This document shows, in pieces, positions 43,719 through 53,605 of a stretch of DNA of 53,605 nt (positions within the stretch are counted from its first letter, which is position 1; each line of letters begins with the position of its first letter). Location of the stretch: positions 1 to 53,605 of the IMG/VR virus record IMGVR_UViG_3300009418_000023. One strand, written 5' to 3'. This stretch comes from a virus (Duplodnaviria > Caudoviricetes). The translations under genes and the position numbers were made by a program. Below the pieces are notes generated by a model. That model ran no database searches. It worked only from the letters and a program-made list of their open reading frames with translations, and had not been told where the DNA came from.

Positions 43719-44391
43719 TTAAACTATAATAATTATTAGTAGTATCACCACCTGCTTGGGACGCGCCAAGTGCACTGACAGCGTAGCCCATAGTATTAGC
43801 AGCACCACCAATTATTCCAGCATAGAGAGATTGCTCAAATGCAGCGGCTGGATCTGGTCCACCATATCGTGCAGGTATAAACGGCACATGTTCGTTATAT
43901 CCAAAGTCTCGTCCTGCTAAAGCTTGGGCTTGTTTTCGCTCAGATCCAATAAGCTGGTTCGATACATTAATCCTTAGTCCACTCATAGCTTCTTGTGAAG
44001 CTTCGTTTTGTTGACGCAGCAAAGCCCTAGCAGTACCAGAGTTTGGATCAATACCCTGACCCGACAACCTAGAGTACAACTCATCCTGAGCAGCCTTATG
44101 TTGTTTGCCATAGGCTCCAGCTTGGTTATCCCAATTATACCTAATATAGAAATCCTCTTCAGCTCTTCTTTTGTTGGCAGTCTCAGCAATCATCTTATTA
44201 TTAAACCATCTCATAGCGTTTTGCTTAGCTACGTTTCGGTTTTCTATTTGATTCTGCCATCTCCTCTGGAACTCAGCTTCCTCAAAGTTAGCCCTTTGGG
44301 CTGCAGCTTCGGCTGCTGATGCGTTTGCTCCGGCCTCTGCCTGCATGAACTGCAGTCCAGCCATAACTGGGATTCCCCATATCAGTGGCAT
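43696..44391 (-). CDS. Internal virion protein (T7 gp14-like)
   Basis: Start MPLIWG after GAGGAGG; A/Q-rich; GIDPNSGTARALLRQ; Gly/Ala-rich hydrophobic C-terminus. Confidence 0.65.
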   Translation of the reverse strand: MPLIWGIPVMAGLQFMQAEAGANASAAEAAAQRANFEEAEFQRRWQNQIENRNVAKQNAMRWFNNKMIAETANKRRAEEDFYIRYNWDNQAGAYGKQHKAAQDELYSRLSGQGIDPNSGTARALLRQQNEASQEAMSGLRINVSNQLIGSERKQAQALAGRDFGYNEHVPFIPARYGGPDPAAAFEQSLYAGIIGGAANTMGYAVSALGASQAGGDTTNNYYSLIGGGSSG

Positions 44392-44489
44392 TATAAGCCT
44401 CCTCACAGCCTGTCTAAGGCATTCTAAAATAAGATGTGCTACCTCCAAGGGTACAGCCGAAACGCCCACACAGGCGATCCTACGGCTTC

Positions 44490-46187
44490 TCAGGACCAGC
44501 TACGACCCTTGTTCCTTCGACCCTGCCACTTTGCGTGGTTGGGGTCTATAATCTGCTCTTTTTCTTTATGGAAATGTACCGCCCCCGACAACTTTTCAGA
44601 CCACATTCCCATACGTCTATCATCATTCAACCATGTCTTGACGATATCTTGACGAATCTTTTCTCGGTTGTGTTCAATTATTACTTCTACATCTGTAGAA
44701 AGAAGATCCTCCCAGTATCCTACCGTTGCTGCAAGGCAGTCTATACGGTCATCCTTAGGTAAGGCTCCTCTCTTATCAAAGATTCTAGTTATCTGTTTCT
44801 GTGTTTCTTCTTGAGAGATAGCTCTCTTGTCTATGACTAATCTGTGCTGAGTCATGACAGGTTCTAAAAGGGATATTATCCTAGCTTCCTTGCGACCTAC
44901 TGCTCTAAAGTCTTCGATGGCAATAGAACCACATACCTCGGTTAGGATTGGTGCGAGTAACTGACAGAACATAGCATCTCCGAAGTTACTCTCAACACGA
45001 ACTAGCTTAACACCATACTCATAAGCAAGCCGGGCAATTTTCTTAAGAACACCCTTCTCATATCCACCGGGATATCCTACTAACTCATGAATATAGACAT
45101 AACCATTCGCGAAAGAAGCAACACACACCGCTGTCTCATCTTCTCCACGCCCGCTAGGGTCGATATACATAACCCTTTGAACATAAGGAACAAACTTTTC
45201 AGAAATCCACATGGGATCATAAATTAAATCTCCTGTAAGACCAAAGGTAGGAATACCTTTCATCGGTTTAGAATTAGACCAGACAATTTTTTCTGGACAC
45301 ATATCTGGGTGAACATCTATAACAATAAGATCTGATAATCTAAGCGGGAACTTCTCAAAGTCCGCTAAGGATGTGTCTAGTTTATAATGCAACGCAAATA
45401 ACTTAGGCCCAATCTTAGCCATACGCTCCATCAAAACTTCCATAGGAAATCTTTCAGGCTGGGTTGGCTGGCCAGCCTCTAATCCTGATTGCAATACCCA
45501 CTCATTAACATCTTCAACCTCAACCACGCTATCTAGATCAGGCATAACTGCAGGAAACTTTGTTACGGGATAACCAGTCTTAAGTTGGTTATAGATTGAA
45601 TCCTTAATCTGGGGAGTACCTAGAAAGAGAACACGCCCCCCTACATTCCTGATCTGTTCAAACTCAGCCACCTTATTCATAAGCTTTTCTCGGGATGCTG
45701 CGGTTTCGCAGTTACCCTCAATCTCAACATCATCAGCAATTACAAAGTCTGCGTGAGAACCGGTTAGCTGAGAAGAAATTCCACGAGCAAAGCAAGACTT
45801 GTCTTGTCCAATCTTTGTACGACACTCAACATCAAATGCAAAAGCATTGTCTGTAGTGTGGTCACCGGGTCTAAGCGGTTCACAGTAAGGCACCAGATCC
45901 ATAATCTTCCTAGTCATGGAGATAAACTCTGCTGCCTTATTACTGGTAGCCGATACAACCATAATTGTTTTATTAGGATCTTGTAAAAGAAACCAAGAGG
46001 CTAAACAAGAAGTAATAACCGATTTTCCAAAACCACGCCCAGCTTGTAACTGCATATCGACAGGACCATTTTGCAAAGCATCAGCCATAGCATACTGTGC
46101 AGCAGTAGGTTCTCCTATCCCCAGATATTTAAAACAGGCCCAGAGATGATTACGAAAATCGTCTAGCATTTCTTGTGGTATGTTCAT
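44490..46187 (-). CDS. Terminase large subunit (T7 gp19-like)
   Basis: QAGRGFGKS (Walker A), IADDVE (Walker B), LGTPQ, YIDPSGRGEDET, ESNFGDAMF, DDRIDCLA. Confidence 0.96.
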   Translation of the reverse strand: MNIPQEMLDDFRNHLWACFKYLGIGEPTAAQYAMADALQNGPVDMQLQAGRGFGKSVITSCLASWFLLQDPNKTIMVVSATSNKAAEFISMTRKIMDLVPYCEPLRPGDHTTDNAFAFDVECRTKIGQDKSCFARGISSQLTGSHADFVIADDVEIEGNCETAASREKLMNKVAEFEQIRNVGGRVLFLGTPQIKDSIYNQLKTGYPVTKFPAVMPDLDSVVEVEDVNEWVLQSGLEAGQPTQPERFPMEVLMERMAKIGPKLFALHYKLDTSLADFEKFPLRLSDLIVIDVHPDMCPEKIVWSNSKPMKGIPTFGLTGDLIYDPMWISEKFVPYVQRVMYIDPSGRGEDETAVCVASFANGYVYIHELVGYPGGYEKGVLKKIARLAYEYGVKLVRVESNFGDAMFCQLLAPILTEVCGSIAIEDFRAVGRKEARIISLLEPVMTQHRLVIDKRAISQEETQKQITRIFDKRGALPKDDRIDCLAATVGYWEDLLSTDVEVIIEHNREKIRQDIVKTWLNDDRRMGMWSEKLSGAVHFHKEKEQIIDPNHAKWQGRRNKGRSWS

Positions 46188-46206
46188 TACTTTACTTCCT
46201 TAGTTA

Positions 46207-46503
46207 TTATTGTGTAAAGAAATCACGGAATGGCGTACCACCCTTTTTAGTATTGCTTGCAAGCCTATTTACCCAGCGAGCTCTCTTATGCTTCAGCACA
46301 CGGTCCCTCGTTTTGGCAAAGGCCTTGGCAAGCCCCTTCATCGTCTTGATAGGGGTCTCGGACATAGGGGCAATACTTTGATCTTGATAATTTCTCATGA
46401 CATGGCTCAGGAAACTCCTACCACTACCATGCTTTTTTCGGTAATCCTCAGCTCTTTTAACTAATTCTCTCTGCCAGACTCGTGCTTTTTTCTTCTTACC
46501 CAT
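46207..46503 (-). CDS. Small basic protein
   Basis: K/R-rich; GAAAGGA RBS before ATG at 46503. Confidence 0.65.
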   Translation of the reverse strand: MGKKKKARVWQRELVKRAEDYRKKHGSGRSFLSHVMRNYQDQSIAPMSETPIKTMKGLAKAFAKTRDRVLKHKRARWVNRLASNTKKGGTPFRDFFTQ

Positions 46504-46528
46504 GATCAATATCCTTTCTGTTGGTTGT

Positions 46529-46825
46529 TTATGGCCTTCTTAAATAATCGATAAGAGCTGCGCCACCTGATATAAGGTTTGTGGCAGGATTGAACATCGC
46601 AGTCAATCTATATTTGTTCATTCCTCTAGAGGTTGCTTTAACTGCGCCCTTAACCGATTTACTTGGTTTTGCGGCAGTCCCTCCTCTTGTCTCCATGCTT
46701 TTTCCGACCTTCGCGATTTTCTTAGTGGAAGCTTTCTTCTCCGCGGCGGCAGCCTTTCTATCTTTTTTCTTTTTCCACGCTGGTCTAGTGTCTTTTCCCC
46801 GTTTACCTAAAGCATTCTTAGCCAT
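46529..46825 (-). CDS. Small Lys/Ala-rich basic protein
   Basis: Histone-H1-like composition; same 19-nt leader as the previous gene. Confidence 0.65.
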   Translation of the reverse strand: MAKNALGKRGKDTRPAWKKKKDRKAAAAEKKASTKKIAKVGKSMETRGGTAAKPSKSVKGAVKATSRGMNKYRLTAMFNPATNLISGGAALIDYLRRP

Positions 46826-46827
46826 GA

Positions 46828-47010
46828 TCAATATCCTTTCTTGGAATTTGTTGTAGCTTTCTCTGAATTTCCGCTACCACCACGAACAGAATAATCATTC
46901 TTTGGGTTGGAGTACATTTTCTCCATGCGGTGTTTGTTAATCAACTCTATGTAAGTTCCGTATGGGTCCGAGACCCCCGGTGCAAATGTTGTTACTGAAC
47001 TGTTTGGCAT
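46828..47010 (-). CDS. Small hypothetical protein
   Basis: GGGAG RBS. Confidence 0.6.
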   Translation of the reverse strand: MPNSSVTTFAPGVSDPYGTYIELINKHRMEKMYSNPKNDYSVRGGSGNSEKATTNSKKGY

Positions 47011-47024
47011 ATTAAGCTCCCTTC

Positions 47025-47387
47025 TTATTTTTTTGCATATCCTTTACGATATGGTTTTCCACCCTTAGGTGGTTTCTTTCTAGATACTACGGCACCGCCC
47101 CCAGCTTTTTTGGGTTTTGGTTTAGTCTTCTTAGGTTTATACTTACGCCAGCCCCCAAATTTCAAAGCCTTTCTTCCTTGGTCTTCATTCCCGGAATGGA
47201 AGTGGAATAAACCAAATGCCGTTGCGAGCATTCCCCGGAATGCAGCACTACCCGTTGGTCTCTTTTTTTGGGGAACCATACCCGTCATCTCCCCAATTCG
47301 TTGTCTAGTTTTTTTATTCTTATAGATATTTTTTCCGACTACCGCCTTTTGATACTTACCAAGCCAGCCGGGCAATTTTTTAGCCAT
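47025..47387 (-). CDS. Small Lys-rich basic protein
   Basis: AGGAG RBS; K/P/G-rich. Confidence 0.65.
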   Translation of the reverse strand: MAKKLPGWLGKYQKAVVGKNIYKNKKTRQRIGEMTGMVPQKKRPTGSAAFRGMLATAFGLFHFHSGNEDQGRKALKFGGWRKYKPKKTKPKPKKAGGGAVVSRKKPPKGGKPYRKGYAKK

Positions 47388-47388
47388 A

Positions 47389-47607
47389 TTAAGCTCCTAA
47401 CTTTCTAAATGGAATACTGTCGGATAACCTATCTTCTAGGAAGTCTAAGGCTTCCTTAGGAATACCCTCCAACAGTTCTCCGTTGTCATTAAGATACCCC
47501 CGGATAACTTGATATAGACCCGGAGTACATTTCTGAGGATCGTCTAGATCTGCTAATAGAGAACTCAAGAGCAGATCGTTGAGTTTGTTTAGTTTGTTTT
47601 TATTCAT
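47389..47607 (-). CDS. Terminase small subunit (T7 gp18-like)
   Basis: Size, position after the tail fibre, and the TPGLYQVIRGYLNDNG ... IPF pattern. Confidence 0.7.
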   Translation of the reverse strand: MNKNKLNKLNDLLLSSLLADLDDPQKCTPGLYQVIRGYLNDNGELLEGIPKEALDFLEDRLSDSIPFRKLGA

Positions 47608-47619
47608 AGAGACCCTCCG

Positions 47620-50600
47620 TTAAAACGCAGCGATGTTGAAGGCGTAGTTATTATTGTGTCCGTGGAATTTAGAGTAATTATAAACCCAAGCACCACCAGA
47701 GCCAAGAGAGTAGAATACATTATTCCATACCCTAGAGGATGACATTTGGCTTCTAGCAGAGTTATTAGCAGCCGCATAAAAGGAAATACCCCATTTAAAG
47801 TTTATAGTGTAATTATGTTGAAATGACATACGGTTAAGTTTGCCTGTGTTGTGTCCACTTGTCCCGAGTAAATATGCATACCCAATATCAACGCCGGCTT
47901 GCATGTGGTTGCCATGTATTTGCAACCCATATATTCTTCCAGCATAGGGGTAAATAAACATTCCCCTAGCATAAGATGCAGTAAGTAGATTAATACCTTG
48001 ATAAGATAGGTTTGAAATCTTTTTCATAGGGGGAGTTACGTATGATGTATTGTTATTAAGCCGAATATTATATGCATTTATATTTGCAGCATCAGCCGAT
48101 GACATACTCATGTTAAGCAGTCGCATAGTACTGATGTGATTATCTCTCATTGTAAAGTTGCTACTGTTGCCTGTACCCCACCTAGTATTACGGGTAAACT
48201 CAACAGTCACTCCAATCCAGTAAGATATCATGGTATTTCCTATTATTTGAATACCCTTAGACCACCCCCATTGACCTACAGAAGTATCTGCATCATGGTT
48301 TATATCTTCTGAGTCTTGGCAAGTAACAGTACGTATAGAGCCCCAATTGGCAGGTGCCTCACCATAAGTACCACCTCCACCAACCGTATAACCTCTACCC
48401 TGTCCCCAGAAAGCAGTGTGCTCAATAGTATCCGGGGGCTGGGTTCTTACATTACCTATCTTATTATCTCGGATCTCAATATTGTTTCCATAGAATTCAA
48501 CATCATACCTAAGACTATCATTACCCTGATATCCAAAATTAGATCTTTCTTCGTTCCAAGGTAGGGTTTTTATATCACAGCTAGTAATAGAATTGTTTCC
48601 TGTAATCCCCGATCTAAGATAAACAGCAGAAAGGCAATGAAATTTGGAGTTATCTATATGGATTTCCCTAGAAGTATAAGTAGAAGTGGGACATACAACT
48701 CCCCAAGAACAATCATTAAATGAGCAATCCTTTACATGAACACCATCACACTCTTCCACCCTAATACCAGCTCCATGATTTTTCCCACTACCCCAACGGC
48801 ACTTATTAAAGGTGCAGTTCTCAAACCGAATATTCTTACATCGGTATAACTCAAAGACATTACCCCTGAACCCATTAAAGGTACAGTTTCTAAATGTAAA
48901 GTCTCTTGCATGCTCTAGCCTAAAGAGGTTATCATTAAAAGCTACAACACGACCATATGCCCCACCAGAGTTACCATCAGACCCTAACCACTCGCTACCA
49001 GTATCCATCTCACAACTAAGTTCAGTACTAGTAGCGACTGTTACTGTGTGATCTACATCAAGAAAATCGTCAGGGTCCTCTAAGTCTGCCGCAGGAATAT
49101 CATGATCAATCAGTAGCATCGTAGCTCCCACGCCCACACCATGACCAGTCGGGACAGTCACCTTAACAGTGTTGTCTGTAGACTCGGAACCATTTCCGGT
49201 CATATAGATTGCGTTTTCTTCACAAACCATCTCACTAGAAAGTTCGTGATTAAACGTCATGTTATCCCACAGCCAGTTTACAGCTTGGCCTGTATCTGTT
49301 GTGTCCGTATGGGTATACTTCTTTACAGTAGTAGCAGCGGATGTACCAGATGCATATGTATGATTAAGTGGTTCTTCTAGATAAATCATATTATTGGCAG
49401 CATCGACCCGAGAAATAACAACTAGCTGAATCGCATATACTTCGTCATCTACCCCACTACGATCCCATACCTGATGATCTATTGCATTATCCCCAGTAAC
49501 TGGACCTTCAATCTCAATCATATCCCCAGCAACGAAATTAGTTTCGTCTGCTACATGTATACGTGTATCGCCTTTAATAGCAATTGTTGATAGCGTGGTT
49601 GATTGGGTAGTTCCAGCAGCATCCATCCGTATTACTCTATAGTTTGATGACGTATTATCATTAAACTCAAGAGTTCCGTTTCTAACCGTAATATCCCGCT
49701 TACCGGGAAGAGTTATCTGTGTGCCGTTATCAGTACCATCTCCAATTTGGTGGGTTCTTGATCTGAAGTCAAGTATGCTTAGTGTAGCGGTCGTAGCTTT
49801 AGTTACACCAGCAGCTGTTCTATAGTAGCCAAGTGCAGCTTGATTTAGTGCAGTCTGTATATCGGCGGAGTTGTCAGCATCACCATTAGGATCGTCCCCC
49901 CCACATAGAGCTACAAGAGGATCTAAAGCAGACGGAAGTGAGGCAGGAGTCCACTTACTTGTGCTAGCGGTAAAAGATAAATATTGACCCTCAGTAGGAG
50001 AGGTAGTAGCTACATCATCAAGATCTTGAACACTGTCTCCTGTAGATAGAATCTTATCAGTCGACAAGGCATCTGTTATGTTCCGCTCTACCTTCTCCCA
50101 TGAATCACCATCCCAGTAAATCATCTGTCCAGCGGGTGCTGAGGTATCGTCATCTACATTAACATTAACATCACCGAGCTCTGAAAGTTTAGTACCAGAT
50201 AACTCCTGTTGAACAAACTTAGTTGTTGCTAAGATGTATGAGTCATCACCAGCAGAGGGAGTTGCAGCACTTGCTGTAGTTATTTGATAAGCCCCGGCTC
50301 CCCAGTTGGACAATAGAGGAGTGCTGCCATCTTGTTCAAGAGGCGCAGAAGAGCTTACTACTTGCCACGCAGACCCACTATATCTAACCAGATTATACTG
50401 AGCAACAGTAATACCACCCCAAGTACTATGAGCCGCGGTTCCGCTTCCAGAATGGGTAACTGTGTCCCCAGCAGAAGGTGTAGCTCCGACATCGGTATAG
50501 ATAGAATTATAGAACGTCTCTCCAGCACTGCCAACCATATCACCAGCTCCCTTAAATACAACACCTGTACCTAAAGAAGTAATTTGCTGTTGAAGACTTT

Positions 50601-51417
50601 TACCCTGAGTAGCCGACAAGGGTCTATATGAATCAGTTGTAGTGACATTATCTACAGTATCAGCTTTAATACCTGTGGCTTCTACGGCTAAACCTGAGTT
50701 TGCCTGAAGAAGAATACTAAACTTACTGTCGGCACTACCATCACCTTGAACACCATTCTCTGATCCCAGAGACAAATTATCTATATTAACGTAACCAGCC
50801 GCAATAACACCACTAGAATCAAGAGGACAGATACCATCGGGTTGACCAACAGCGGGGTTAAGTGAGTGAATGTTATGCCAAAGAGACATCAACTCTTGAG
50901 ACAAGAACAAAAGTTGGTCATCAGAGAGGTTAAGATTAGTACTTGTAATCTTAGAACCAGCCGTCCAACTCACCAACTTTGTAAGGGCATATGTCTTACG
51001 TAGAACATAGATAGTATCAGCAGCCACAACAGAGGGTAGAATAATATCAGATGCTCGTCCACTCTGAACCGTAGTCCAAGTATAGTCTGCTGCTGTTGTA
51101 GATAGACTTAAGATAGTACCTGTTAAAGTATACATAGTACTTCCACTATCGTTAACACTAGGTAGAGTCCACGCCGACCACGCTTCGTCTGATGTAATAG
51201 GAGATGCCGAGTGATCGTATGTTCCGGGCGTTTCATCAATAGTGCTATGATCAAATTTTCGTACTACTACTAACTCGTCTGGGTCTGTAAGAGTGCTGCT
51301 TAATTGTGTAGTACTATCAATCAAAGTAGAGACATCAATCTCATAACCCGCATTAATAACCTCTGTTCCTGTTTTCTTGATGTATACTACCTTGTCTGAA
51401 TTATTATCATAGGCCAC
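47620..51417 (-). CDS. Tail fibre/tailspike with T7 gp17-like N-terminal anchor and beta-helix (pectin-lyase-like) C-terminus
   Basis: LRKT...WTAGSKITSTNLNLSDDQLLFLSQE anchor; LSELGDV and LDDV repeats; DNSADIQTALN; FRNCTF, FENCTF and VKDCSF beta-helix rungs. Confidence 0.88.
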   Translation of the reverse strand: MAYDNNSDKVVYIKKTGTEVINAGYEIDVSTLIDSTTQLSSTLTDPDELVVVRKFDHSTIDETPGTYDHSASPITSDEAWSAWTLPSVNDSGSTMYTLTGTILSLSTTAADYTWTTVQSGRASDIILPSVVAADTIYVLRKTYALTKLVSWTAGSKITSTNLNLSDDQLLFLSQELMSLWHNIHSLNPAVGQPDGICPLDSSGVIAAGYVNIDNLSLGSENGVQGDGSADSKFSILLQANSGLAVEATGIKADTVDNVTTTDSYRPLSATQGKSLQQQITSLGTGVVFKGAGDMVGSAGETFYNSIYTDVGATPSAGDTVTHSGSGTAAHSTWGGITVAQYNLVRYSGSAWQVVSSSAPLEQDGSTPLLSNWGAGAYQITTASAATPSAGDDSYILATTKFVQQELSGTKLSELGDVNVNVDDDTSAPAGQMIYWDGDSWEKVERNITDALSTDKILSTGDSVQDLDDVATTSPTEGQYLSFTASTSKWTPASLPSALDPLVALCGGDDPNGDADNSADIQTALNQAALGYYRTAAGVTKATTATLSILDFRSRTHQIGDGTDNGTQITLPGKRDITVRNGTLEFNDNTSSNYRVIRMDAAGTTQSTTLSTIAIKGDTRIHVADETNFVAGDMIEIEGPVTGDNAIDHQVWDRSGVDDEVYAIQLVVISRVDAANNMIYLEEPLNHTYASGTSAATTVKKYTHTDTTDTGQAVNWLWDNMTFNHELSSEMVCEENAIYMTGNGSESTDNTVKVTVPTGHGVGVGATMLLIDHDIPAADLEDPDDFLDVDHTVTVATSTELSCEMDTGSEWLGSDGNSGGAYGRVVAFNDNLFRLEHARDFTFRNCTFNGFRGNVFELYRCKNIRFENCTFNKCRWGSGKNHGAGIRVEECDGVHVKDCSFNDCSWGVVCPTSTYTSREIHIDNSKFHCLSAVYLRSGITGNNSITSCDIKTLPWNEERSNFGYQGNDSLRYDVEFYGNNIEIRDNKIGNVRTQPPDTIEHTAFWGQGRGYTVGGGGTYGEAPANWGSIRTVTCQDSEDINHDADTSVGQWGWSKGIQIIGNTMISYWIGVTVEFTRNTRWGTGNSSNFTMRDNHISTMRLLNMSMSSADAANINAYNIRLNNNTSYVTPPMKKISNLSYQGINLLTASYARGMFIYPYAGRIYGLQIHGNHMQAGVDIGYAYLLGTSGHNTGKLNRMSFQHNYTINFKWGISFYAAANNSARSQMSSSRVWNNVFYSLGSGGAWVYNYSKFHGHNNNYAFNIAAF

Positions 51418-51428
51418 GGTTTATTCTC

Positions 51429-53605
51429 CTATGTTGTTAAGAAGTGTGGTATTTGCTTGAACTTACCTGTTAGTTCAATATTAGTTAAGTTCATTGGATT
51501 TGGATAATCTGAGGAAATACTAATTACTAAATCATTAGCAAAACCCATTAAAGGGAACTTAAAAACCCCGTCTTCCTCAAAGAAATCATCACCTAGTAAT
51601 GATTCGGTTGAATCTACCACCTCATGAAAAAATCTGTATGTCTTCGCTGTTCTTTTCTTTCTCGCTATACTTACACTATATGGCCCAGTCTTATGATGCC
51701 TTACAACACCATATCTTAGGTTAAGAGCACCCGGAACAATATTATTTTCAGCGTCTCTAATAAACTGATCCGAAAGGGTTACGGTAGAAGTATATTTAGT
51801 ACCAATATAACCCGTTTCTAGTCCTATAAAATTACCAGAAGCAATTAAATGGGATTCTTCTTCAGAAGACTGGCCGGTATCAACCGATACATCAACTACA
51901 GATCCACTATAATCACCAGTAGTACACACAAACTGATTAAGGTCAACATAAGAAAGCGACACTTTAAAAGAAGTTTCATTAGTAGATCCATCATAAGATA
52001 GATCATATGGTGTTACTATACGTCTATTATCTAATCTAGGAATACTTCCTTCTTCGGGTAGTAATGATAGCCGTTGAACAGAAACACTGATTCCCATTTG
52101 TGAATTCTGTTGTTTAACTACAGCATAAAGAAAATCACCAATAGCTGTCAAAGATAAAACCTCTATACCTTCGGATAAAGTAAAAGTAAAGAATGCATTC
52201 TGGACAATCTGATCACCGACAGTTTGGTTTCTATAACAGAAAATCTTATTAGATGGGCTAGAACCCGCAACAACAAAAACCATATTATGAGAAGTTGATA
52301 CAGCAGCAGACCAGTAGTTGTCTGGAAGATACTCTGGGACATGTCTAGAAAGCTCGAAAGCTTGCTGTCCAGTTGCCTCAAACGATGGGAAATAAATAAA
52401 CAATCTATTCTTAGAGAAGAAGAATAGGTTATTATTCATTACAATTGGTTCAATATCTTCTGTCATAGGGAAGAATGATGTGGGAGAAATCTCAGCAGTT
52501 AAGGGAGAGATCTGATTCTCGGATCCCATTAACTCATATTGAGTATCTCCAGAAGTTCCAAGGAACAAGAAGTCTTTGAATGGCTGTAAGAAAGTAATCG
52601 GAGTATACACATTAGAAGATACCTTTAAATCAAGGGGATCTTTAAAAGTAATATTAGCTGGGTCATCAATAAAGAAATTATCAAAGTTTCCTAATCTAGA
52701 AGAAGCTAACGCATCAGAAGAAGATATAAATAACCTATCTCTATAGAAAGATAAAGCCTTAATCTCTACCTGTTTAGCCTTTTTATCATTATCCTTAAAG
52801 AAAGACGGACCCGGATTACTGTTTGTAGTACCGGAGGTTCTGTGATCCCAATTTACCTTACGAATCGACCATTGATTATTAGCCTCATCCAAATAGATTT
52901 GCATAGGCATACGATTCTGGTCAAGCACAGACATTTCATCTGGAGTTCTAACCTTTTCTATGTAAGGTGTATCGTCATTCTGGATAACACGATACCATCC
53001 GGGCGTACTCGACAGATAATTCTGAGATAGATAATATATCTTTCCATAACCACTAGAGTTTCCTGAATCAGGATACAAAGCAGCAATAGTTTCTCGTGTA
53101 TCCGCATCTCCACTATGTGCATTAACATCACTAGTATCCGGAGGCCATTTAAGATCTGAGAATCTACTAACAGATTGTCCGTTGTATAGCTTGGTTCCGT
53201 CAGGATATATATAATCTTCGACAGGAATATATTTGGATAGGGTTCCAGTATCAGTATAATGTCTGGCATCAGTGTCGTTTGACGGGCGACCGGTATAATC
53301 TTGATTAGTTGGACCGGGAAGCTCGGTATCATCTAAAGTAGACACAACTGTATAAATTGGATACTGTGGCGCATCATCGCTGACACCACCATCTATAACC
53401 CTCTGATTCCAAACATAATCTGTTCCTTTAACCCAATACTCACCCTCTCCCTTCGGATCAACAGTAATAGAAGTCTGGTATGTTATCTTTCGTCCCTTAA
53501 CATCTACTGAATTTTCAGACCCCTCCGCCATCTTAATACCATCTAAACCAAATAGCCGTTCATCAACACCATCTGATGTAAAGCCTGCCTTAACTGTAGT
53601 ATTGA
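51429..53605 (-). CDS. Tail tubular protein B (T7 gp12-like), 5' end beyond window
   Basis: WDHRTSG..SNPGPSF, FYRDRLF, DPLDL, SRHVPEYLP, QIVQNAFFTF. The frame is open upstream of 53531 to the window edge. Confidence 0.92.
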   Translation of the reverse strand, partial: NTTVKAGFTSDGVDERLFGLDGIKMAEGSENSVDVKGRKITYQTSITVDPKGEGEYWVKGTDYVWNQRVIDGGVSDDAPQYPIYTVVSTLDDTELPGPTNQDYTGRPSNDTDARHYTDTGTLSKYIPVEDYIYPDGTKLYNGQSVSRFSDLKWPPDTSDVNAHSGDADTRETIAALYPDSGNSSGYGKIYYLSQNYLSSTPGWYRVIQNDDTPYIEKVRTPDEMSVLDQNRMPMQIYLDEANNQWSIRKVNWDHRTSGTTNSNPGPSFFKDNDKKAKQVEIKALSFYRDRLFISSSDALASSRLGNFDNFFIDDPANITFKDPLDLKVSSNVYTPITFLQPFKDFLFLGTSGDTQYELMGSENQISPLTAEISPTSFFPMTEDIEPIVMNNNLFFFSKNRLFIYFPSFEATGQQAFELSRHVPEYLPDNYWSAAVSTSHNMVFVVAGSSPSNKIFCYRNQTVGDQIVQNAFFTFTLSEGIEVLSLTAIGDFLYAVVKQQNSQMGISVSVQRLSLLPEEGSIPRLDNRRIVTPYDLSYDGSTNETSFKVSLSYVDLNQFVCTTGDYSGSVVDVSVDTGQSSEEESHLIASGNFIGLETGYIGTKYTSTVTLSDQFIRDAENNIVPGALNLRYGVVRHHKTGPYSVSIARKKRTAKTYRFFHEVVDSTESLLGDDFFEEDGVFKFPLMGFANDLVISISSDYPNPMNLTNIELTGKFKQIPHFLTT

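Noticed and set aside
559-53030. Numerous plus-strand ORFs in the track (e.g. 4507-4857, 12123-12656, 34184-34843)
   Set aside because: They are antisense shadows of well-supported minus-strand genes, S/I/L-rich, with no recognisable motifs.
1-53605. T7-style 23-bp promoter consensus for RNAP1; integrase, att sites, introns or inteins; alternative genetic code
   Set aside because: None could be identified by eye. Long ORFs are intact in the standard code and all three stop codons are used. A motif search (e.g. MEME on intergenic regions) would be needed for promoters.

Overview
About 53.6 kb of a T7-like (Autographiviridae-type) podophage genome, with essentially all real genes on the minus strand. 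The window probably crosses the genome end/start junction near 21.2 kb. In transcription order (right to left) it contains: tail tubular protein B (partial), tail fibre/spike, small terminase, four small mostly basic proteins, large terminase, an internal-virion (ejection) module ending in a 5359-aa giant protein, a GC-richer pre-early block, an ncRNA-dense block, many small early genes, two tRNAs, DUF932, a canonical T7-type RNA polymerase, a phosphoesterase, SSB, RusA, primase-helicase, a sulfotransferase-like gene and family A DNA polymerase (partial). The main result is that the phage appears to encode three single-subunit RNA polymerases: the canonical 813-aa enzyme, a compact ~610-aa enzyme with intact catalytic motifs, and an N4-virion-RNAP-like domain inside the giant virion protein, which also carries a DEDD exonuclease domain. 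Three N4-type GC-GGA-GC template-strand hairpins lie upstream of the early genes. The non-coding early region also contains a type II hammerhead ribozyme, a 79-nt tmRNA-like RNA with only the tRNA-like domain, a duplicated pseudoknot RNA and other T-arm-capped structured RNAs. All calls come from reading motifs by eye; no database searches were run.
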